A model generated the notes under the pieces. The model saw only the letters and a list, made by a program, of their open reading frames with translations, did not search any database and was not told where the DNA came from. Positions 58,200 to 64,000 of a stretch of DNA of 64,000 bases are shown piece after piece. This DNA is from Clostridia bacterium (GTDB lineage: Bacteria; Bacillota; Clostridia; Christensenellales; QALW01). Each line of letters starts with the position of its first letter. The stretch's first letter is position 1. The stretch covers positions 23,080-87,079 of the forward strand of contig CAAGID010000018.1 in the NCBI GenBank assembly GCA_900769815.1, read 5' to 3'. The position numbers and the translations under genes are program-made.

Positions 58200-59579
58200 A
58201 TGATAAAACTTGATGATTACAAAAATAAAAATATTCACTTTATTGCTATTGGCGGCCACAGCATGTGCGGTCTTGCTGAAATTTTACATAATTGGGGTTT
58301 TACTGATATAAGCGGTTCTGACCGTGCTGACAGTGACGCTCTTCAGAGACTTAAATCCTTAGGTATAAATGCAATGGTGGGCCATAGCGTTGAAAATGTA
58401 AAAAACGCTTCGTTAGTTGTTTATTCTGCTGCCATTCCCAAAGATAACGTTGAAAGAGCATATGCTGAAAATAACGGTATTGCTTGTATTGACAGAGCGG
58501 CTATGCTTGGGCTTATTTCCGCAAAATGTAAAAAGTGTATCGGTATTTCGGGTACACACGGGAAAACGACTACAACCTCGATGGTTTCTGAAATCTTTTA
58601 CCGTGCAGGGGTTGAACCTACCATACATATTGGCGGTGTTCTTCCAACAATCGGCAGTAACGTTTATACAGGCAAAGATGAATTTTTTATTACCGAAGCC
58701 TGCGAATACGTCGATTCGTATTTAACTTTAAAACCGCATATTGCAATAGTTTTAAATATTGACTCTGACCATCTTGATTATTTTAAAACAGTTGACAATA
58801 TTGTAAAATCCTTTACAACTTATTGTCAGCTTGTCGATGAAGACGGCTACGTTGTTGGTTGTTATGACGATGAACGTACTCTTAATATGATGAAAAACTG
58901 TGGCAGAAGATTTGTTTCCTACGGTTTCTCAAAAGAGGCTGATTATCACGCTGAAAACGTTACTTATTCTGATGACGGCTTTCCCAGATACGATATGTTT
59001 AAAGGCGATAAACTTTTAGCACACGTTGAATTATCAGTTATAGGCGAAGTAAACGTGTTAAATTCAATGGCGGCTATTATTTCTGCACTTTTATGCGGTT
59101 TAACGTTAGAACAGGCTCTTTCAGGCATTAAAATGTATACTGGTGCAGGCAGGCGATTTGAATACCGCGGAAGCTATAACGGTGCAAAAATATATAACGA
59201 TTACGGCCATCATCCTGAAGAAGTTGCTGCAACAATTGAAGCAACAAAACACGTTAAAAAGAATAGATTATGGCTTATTTATCAGCCTGCGTTGTTTACC
59301 CGTACAAAGGCGCAGTTTGACAGACTTGTTGACTGTTTCCATAATGCAGATAAAACTGTATTAATCGATGTTTATGGCGACCGTGAGCCTTTTGACCCAA
59401 CCATAAACTCAAAAATGATTGTTGATAAAATTATAGAAAAATATAATGATGACTGTATCTATATTCCTACAATGGAGGAATGCGGTGCATATCTTAAAAC
59501 TCAGCTTCAGCCTAATGACCTTGTTTTGATAATGGGCAGCGGTACAGTAGATATTTTAGATAAATTTATTCTTAATTAA
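58200..59579 (+). CDS. murC: UDP-N-acetylmuramate--L-alanine ligase
   Basis: It contains FIAIGGHSMCGLA and the P-loop GISGTHGKTTTT, and shows Mur ligase architecture. Confidence 0.92.
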   Translation: MIKLDDYKNKNIHFIAIGGHSMCGLAEILHNWGFTDISGSDRADSDALQRLKSLGINAMVGHSVENVKNASLVVYSAAIPKDNVERAYAENNGIACIDRAAMLGLISAKCKKCIGISGTHGKTTTTSMVSEIFYRAGVEPTIHIGGVLPTIGSNVYTGKDEFFITEACEYVDSYLTLKPHIAIVLNIDSDHLDYFKTVDNIVKSFTTYCQLVDEDGYVVGCYDDERTLNMMKNCGRRFVSYGFSKEADYHAENVTYSDDGFPRYDMFKGDKLLAHVELSVIGEVNVLNSMAAIISALLCGLTLEQALSGIKMYTGAGRRFEYRGSYNGAKIYNDYGHHPEEVAATIEATKHVKKNRLWLIYQPALFTRTKAQFDRLVDCFHNADKTVLIDVYGDREPFDPTINSKMIVDKIIEKYNDDCIYIPTMEECGAYLKTQLQPNDLVLIMGSGTVDILDKFILN

Positions 59580-59591
59580 AGGGGATTTTTG

Positions 59592-60161
59592 ATGAATATT
59601 TGCGTATACGGTGCGGCAAGTAATACTATAGATAAAAAATATATAGAAGCAGGGGAAGAGCTTGGTAGAAAAATTGCAGTGCGTGGTCACGCCTTAGTTT
59701 ACGGTGCAGGTGCAACCGGTATGATGGGGGCGGTTTCTCGCGGTGTGGAAGAAAAAGGTGGCTCTGTTACAGGCGTTGTGCCTGAATTCTTTACCAACGA
59801 GGAAGTTCTTAATATTGATTGTACAAAACTTATCCGTACAAAGACAATGCGTGAACGCAAACAGATTATGGAGGATTCCTCCGATGCTTTTATCGTTACG
59901 CCCGGTGGAATAGGTACCTTTGAAGAATTTTTAGAAATTCTTACATTAAAACAGTTAAACCGCCATAACAAACCTATAGTTTTATTTAACGTAAACGGCT
60001 TTTATAACGGTATGATTTCAATGCTTGATGAAGCTATTGACGGCAATTTTATAAATAAAGAATGTAAGGAAATGTATCCTGCTTTTGAAAATGCCGATGA
60101 TGTTCTTGATTATATTGAAAATTACGAAAAAATGGATTTATCCAAAATGAAAGTGAGATAA
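59592..60161 (+). CDS. LOG family protein (TIGR00730-type nucleotide phosphoribohydrolase)
   Basis: It contains VYGAGATGMMG and PGGIGTFEE. Confidence 0.85.
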   Translation: MNICVYGAASNTIDKKYIEAGEELGRKIAVRGHALVYGAGATGMMGAVSRGVEEKGGSVTGVVPEFFTNEEVLNIDCTKLIRTKTMRERKQIMEDSSDAFIVTPGGIGTFEEFLEILTLKQLNRHNKPIVLFNVNGFYNGMISMLDEAIDGNFINKECKEMYPAFENADDVLDYIENYEKMDLSKMKVR

Positions 60162-60163
60162 TT

Positions 60164-61189
60164 ATGCTATCCTTCGAAAGCGATTATATCCAAGGTGCAC
60201 ATCCTGAAATTTTAAAAAGACTTATTGAAACTAATATGGAGCCTTTACCAGGCTACAGCACGGATAAATATTGTTTAAGTGCAAGAGAAAAAATTAAAAA
60301 AGCTTGTGAAAAAGATGACGCCGATGTTTATTTTTTAGTTGGAGGTACACAAACTAATCAGGTTGTTATTTCCGCAAGCCTTAAATTATATGAAGGTGTT
60401 ATTTCTGCCACGACGGGACATATAAACGCCCACGAAGCGGGTGCAGTTGAATTTATAGGGCATAAAGTTTTACCTTTACCCAATCATAACGGTAAAATTG
60501 ATGCAAATGAACTTAAAAATTTTGTTGAAACTTTTTATGCTGACGATAATCACGAGCATATGGTTTTTCCCGGTATGGTATATATTTCGCATCCCACAGA
60601 ATATGGCACGCTTTACAGTAAAAATGAACTTCAAAGAATAAGTGAGATCTGTAAAGAGTATTCGATGCAATTATTTATTGACGGTGCGAGATTAGGTTAC
60701 GGTATTATGAGTAATGATACCGACGTTACCTTAAAAGATATTGCTGAACTTTCTGACGTTTTTTACATAGGCGGTACAAAGGTAGGTGCTTTGTGCGGTG
60801 AAGCCGTTGTATTTACCCATAATAACGCACCTAAGCATTTTATGAATACAGTAAAACAACACGGTGCAATGATTGCAAAGGGCAGACTTTTAGGCATTCA
60901 GTTTGATACGCTTTTTACTGATGATTTGTATTTTAAAATCAGCAAACACGCTATTGATATGGCTGAAAAATTAAAAGGTATTTTTATCGAAAAAGGTTAT
61001 AAATTTTTTATTGATTCTCCAACAAACCAACAGTTTATTATTTTAGAAAACAGTCAAATGGAAGAATTAAAGAAAAACGTTCGCTTTGGCTTCTGGGAAA
61101 AATATGATGATAATCACACCGTTGTACGCTTTGCAACAAGCTGGGCAACAACGGAAGAGGATATTCTAAAACTTAAGGAATTGATATAA
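60164..61189 (+). CDS. low-specificity L-threonine aldolase / beta-eliminating lyase family PLP enzyme
   Basis: The N-terminus is SDY..GAHPEI. It also has FLVGGTQTN, DGARL and GGTK (PLP-binding Lys). Confidence 0.75.
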   Translation: MLSFESDYIQGAHPEILKRLIETNMEPLPGYSTDKYCLSAREKIKKACEKDDADVYFLVGGTQTNQVVISASLKLYEGVISATTGHINAHEAGAVEFIGHKVLPLPNHNGKIDANELKNFVETFYADDNHEHMVFPGMVYISHPTEYGTLYSKNELQRISEICKEYSMQLFIDGARLGYGIMSNDTDVTLKDIAELSDVFYIGGTKVGALCGEAVVFTHNNAPKHFMNTVKQHGAMIAKGRLLGIQFDTLFTDDLYFKISKHAIDMAEKLKGIFIEKGYKFFIDSPTNQQFIILENSQMEELKKNVRFGFWEKYDDNHTVVRFATSWATTEEDILKLKELI

Positions 61190-61219
61190 AAACAGGGCTG
61201 AGAAATCAGTCCTGTTTTA
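61188..61219. terminator. bidirectional terminator at a compositional boundary
   Basis: The arms aaaacagg(g)ctga and tcag(t)cctgtttt pair between convergent genes. Confidence 0.7.
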
Positions 61220-62104
61220 CTATTTCATTTCATAGACTGCATATTCTTTTTTTAGCAGTTTGCTGATCCGATGGGTACTGTCCGTAATTCTTGTGATTTT
61301 ATCCCAACGGTCGGATAACGGGAAATACACTCCGTCCTTGGCTGCAGCGCCCATATCCCAGGTTCCGTTAGTCTGCTGATTGGCCTTTAACCAGTCGTAA
61401 GCAAAGGATAACTTATCATTTCTAGAATTATATCGAGCGAGAAGTTCTATTGCTGCTAGATATCGGCTTGCCTTTTTGCTTTGGAATTCATCCGGCACGC
61501 TATCGAGTCTGTTTTCATAAACATAGTAGATACCGTCCTCGTGACTCAGCACGTAATCAAGCATAAGGCTTTCTGTCTGCTTATCAAGCATACCGGGAAG
61601 TATGGATAACTGATAGAAGTTGACAAAATCAATAAGTCTTCCGCCCTTAGGCTTTCTACCGAACATCTGCGTATAACAAGTATCATAATCAGTCTGAGAA
61701 TAGATACCGCTGCTGAATGCTTTCGTAATTACCTGTGCCCATTTGCCGGCAATCTCATTGGCAGACTCGCATCGATCAGTAAATCTACGGATACGCGCAG
61801 CAATGATAAGATTCACAAAGGTTTCAAAATCGCTCGTTTTTTCTTTACCCTCAGGGAGCTCACCCGTATGTAACAACGTCTCCATATGGGCAATAGCTCT
61901 CTTAATACATTTATCTTCTGCAGTGTAACCCAACAGCTCCAAACGGAGCAGAGCCATCTCTGTCGTCAGCGGCGTATCACTATCGACCCGCAGGGTATGA
62001 AAGCACCCCCAACTTCCATCAGGATGCTGCATAGAGATTATTTGGTTGGCCCATTTTCCGTTCCTATAGTTCTGCATCATGCTCACCACATATTTCACTA
62101 GCAT
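61220..62104 (-). CDS. hypothetical protein with prenyltransferase/terpene-cyclase-like (alpha/alpha toroid) repeat signatures
   Basis: It has QHPDGSWG near the N-terminus and QQTNGTWD near the C-terminus and is helical. It is tightly coupled to the upstream gene by a 2-nt gap. Confidence 0.35.
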   Translation of the reverse strand: MLVKYVVSMMQNYRNGKWANQIISMQHPDGSWGCFHTLRVDSDTPLTTEMALLRLELLGYTAEDKCIKRAIAHMETLLHTGELPEGKEKTSDFETFVNLIIAARIRRFTDRCESANEIAGKWAQVITKAFSSGIYSQTDYDTCYTQMFGRKPKGGRLIDFVNFYQLSILPGMLDKQTESLMLDYVLSHEDGIYYVYENRLDSVPDEFQSKKASRYLAAIELLARYNSRNDKLSFAYDWLKANQQTNGTWDMGAAAKDGVYFPLSDRWDKITRITDSTHRISKLLKKEYAVYEMK

Positions 62105-62106
62105 TA

Positions 62107-62772
62107 CTAAATGCTGAGTATTGTTTCCTTACACCATGTAAATAACAAAGCAAATGCTTCGTCAAAGTCAAATTCAGTTCCGTCACTTAAAGAAATTGCA
62201 GTATCCAAAACAAGTCTGTCCTTACCGGATAACGCCTCTCGAAGTTCCTTTTTAGTACCAACAAATTTGCCGCTGTTCAAATAGTATAAGTTCTGCAGTA
62301 TAAAGAATACTGACCTATATGTAAACGGCAACCTGAAAACGCTCTTTTCTTTTGGAGCGTGAATATATCGGTGACAGATCTCGTGATATAAGTTTCCCAG
62401 ACTCATTTTCACAAAATTGCGCACATCAGTTTCTGTGTATTCAGGAACCAGTTTTTTGAGCGTTCCATAGTAATCCTTCGTTGTATGAAGAAGATGACAT
62501 ATCTCAAGAGGATTCCAGTTTTGCAATTCTTCTATTCCGCAAATGAACCCACAAGATTTATCATAATCTTCGAGAGAAGAGATTGCCTCTCTATATTTGG
62601 CAAGATCTGCAACACTCATATCGCTGATCACAACCATGATATCAATATCACTATGGTCCGTTGCTTCGTCTCTTAAATAACTGCCTTGAAGACCAACATA
62701 CAGGAGGCGTTCTTTGTATGCAACCTTTAGTATCTCAATCAATGCGGGGATATAAACATCAATCCTGAACAT
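62107..62772 (-). CDS. nucleotidyltransferase domain protein (AadA/ANT-like architecture)
   Basis: The Pol-beta-type NTase motif is GLQGSYLRDEATDHSDIDIMVV. A helical C-terminal domain of about 130 aa follows. Confidence 0.65.
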   Translation of the reverse strand: MFRIDVYIPALIEILKVAYKERLLYVGLQGSYLRDEATDHSDIDIMVVISDMSVADLAKYREAISSLEDYDKSCGFICGIEELQNWNPLEICHLLHTTKDYYGTLKKLVPEYTETDVRNFVKMSLGNLYHEICHRYIHAPKEKSVFRLPFTYRSVFFILQNLYYLNSGKFVGTKKELREALSGKDRLVLDTAISLSDGTEFDFDEAFALLFTWCKETILSI

Positions 62773-62775
62773 TCT

Positions 62776-63918
62776 TTATCCTTTCTGCGCAACAAATATC
62801 GTCGCAAACTCTGTGTCATACTGATTCAGGATAGTCAATCCTGCAGTTTGGATGCATTTTGCCATCTCAACCGGTGTATCTGGGAATATCCTGATCTTAC
62901 GCGTGCTGATGTCGATGAACTCACTAGGATTCTTATCAATGGAAAGAACAAATCTGCCTGCATCATTCAGTAATCCGGCAATCTTATTTACGGCTCTCTG
63001 CTTATCTTCAATGTGCATAAAGGTCAGCGATGAATAAACGACATCAAAAGCACGACCGAATTCGTAAGAAAGGAAATCAGCACAAGTCAGTCTGACATTC
63101 TCAAACTCGGCAAGGTTCTCTTTGGCACGTTCGATGGTCTTGGAGGAAATGTCCACACCATAGAACTCGCCGCACAAAGGTGCCACGCGAACAGCCAGTC
63201 TGCCGGTTCCCACACCGATTTCAAGGACGCTTTTATTTTTATCAAGCTCCATTTTGTCAATGAAAACTTGTCCGTCCCATTTGTCCATATAATCCTGTAA
63301 GGGTTTCGGATCGTGAACAGGGGCGTTATTTTCGGCTATCAATAAATCGTAGTGATGGGTAACACTTTCACAAACGCAAACATACCTTTTTGTATCGAAT
63401 TCAGCCTTTGTGTCAGCAACAGTAAATCCATACTTTTTATAAAATCCAATAGCATCGTCATCGGTTTCAGCGGTGATACTATCGACATCAAAACTATTAA
63501 AGATAAAATCCATAAGTTTACTGCCAATGCCTTGACCTTGGTATTCAGGTTTTACAGCAACATCAAGTATTGTTGCTGAGCTTTTTGCAATATTAAAAAC
63601 TACAATCCCTTTGTATTCATCATTATCTTTGTAGGCATAGATATTGGTGTTTTCATCTTCCTGATACCTTCTTGCTCTGTTCAGCAAGCGTTCCTTTGTG
63701 GGATTGTATACGCTCGGTGCAAGTAATTTCAATATATCAGGTTCAATTATTATTTCTTTAACGTCACAGATTGATGATACATTGCAAAGTTCTATACCCA
63801 AAGCACCATACTTTTCAATTTGCTCCTTGGTGTAATACTGTTCCATATCGGTGTAATGGGCAGTATCAAGTTCGGCAACTGTATAGCCGCACTTTTCAAG
63901 TGGCAACGCATTGTACAA
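62776..63918 (-). CDS. bifunctional GNAT N-acetyltransferase / class I SAM-dependent methyltransferase fusion
   Basis: GNAT motif A is VAVKPEYQGQGIGSKLM (with FYKKYGF). The methyltransferase part has motif I VLEIGVGTGRLA and motif II DVVYSSLTFMHI. Confidence 0.8.
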   Translation of the reverse strand: MYNALPLEKCGYTVAELDTAHYTDMEQYYTKEQIEKYGALGIELCNVSSICDVKEIIIEPDILKLLAPSVYNPTKERLLNRARRYQEDENTNIYAYKDNDEYKGIVVFNIAKSSATILDVAVKPEYQGQGIGSKLMDFIFNSFDVDSITAETDDDAIGFYKKYGFTVADTKAEFDTKRYVCVCESVTHHYDLLIAENNAPVHDPKPLQDYMDKWDGQVFIDKMELDKNKSVLEIGVGTGRLAVRVAPLCGEFYGVDISSKTIERAKENLAEFENVRLTCADFLSYEFGRAFDVVYSSLTFMHIEDKQRAVNKIAGLLNDAGRFVLSIDKNPSEFIDISTRKIRIFPDTPVEMAKCIQTAGLTILNQYDTEFATIFVAQKG

Positions 63919-64000
63919 TTCTTTAAAATTAGAGAATTTATGTAGTCCAGAAATCTGTGCTGTGATGATATCTTTGGTTGAGAAACAGTTAAAAACAACG

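Overview
Low-GC Firmicutes chromosome segment that looks Clostridia-like and spore-forming. All calls come from reading the ORF translations and the DNA by eye; no searches were run. Bases 1-39.8 kb form one co-directional (+) run of core genes: an isoprenoid synthase fragment, a split TauE/SafE pair, ppx/gppA, an aconitase-family hydratase, mreBCD, PBP2, ylmE-sepF-divIVA, lspA, rluD, T-box-thrS, dxs, tlyA, nadK, argR, recN, spoIVB, a Spo0A-like gene, a spoIIM-like gene, dac, lysA, scpAB, rpsO-pnp, rpsB-tsf-pyrH-frr-uppS-cdsA-dxr-rseP-ispG. After ispG the conserved order breaks. Bases 39.8-48.9 kb are accessory-looking: a small orphan ORF, an IclR-controlled four-enzyme sugar-acid cluster, and a minus-strand operon of a 4-TM protein, a degenerate ThyX-fold protein and a GtrB/CsbB-type glycosyltransferase. 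This stretch also holds a TVP38 membrane protein whose RBS abuts a short SRP RNA gene. Bases 48.9-54.4 kb (-) carry ftsH, tilS and a dnaI/dnaD-like pair. Bases 54.4-61.2 kb (+) carry an M1 peptidase, a collagen-like BclA-type protein with a GT-TPR partner, murC, a LOG protein and a threonine aldolase. From 61.2 kb to the window end a visibly GC-richer minus-strand operon (GNAT-methyltransferase fusion, nucleotidyltransferase, toroid-repeat protein) looks horizontally acquired. Most notable items: (1) a receiver-less Spo0A effector-domain gene at the canonical spoIVB-spo0A position; (2) the ThyX-like/glycosyltransferase operon; (3) an apparently complete non-phosphorylative aldose oxidation cluster built from unusual enzyme families; (4) the SRP-RNA/TVP38 arrangement; (5) the GC-shifted modification-enzyme cassette. 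No CRISPR array, tRNA, rRNA, transposase or integrase was seen.
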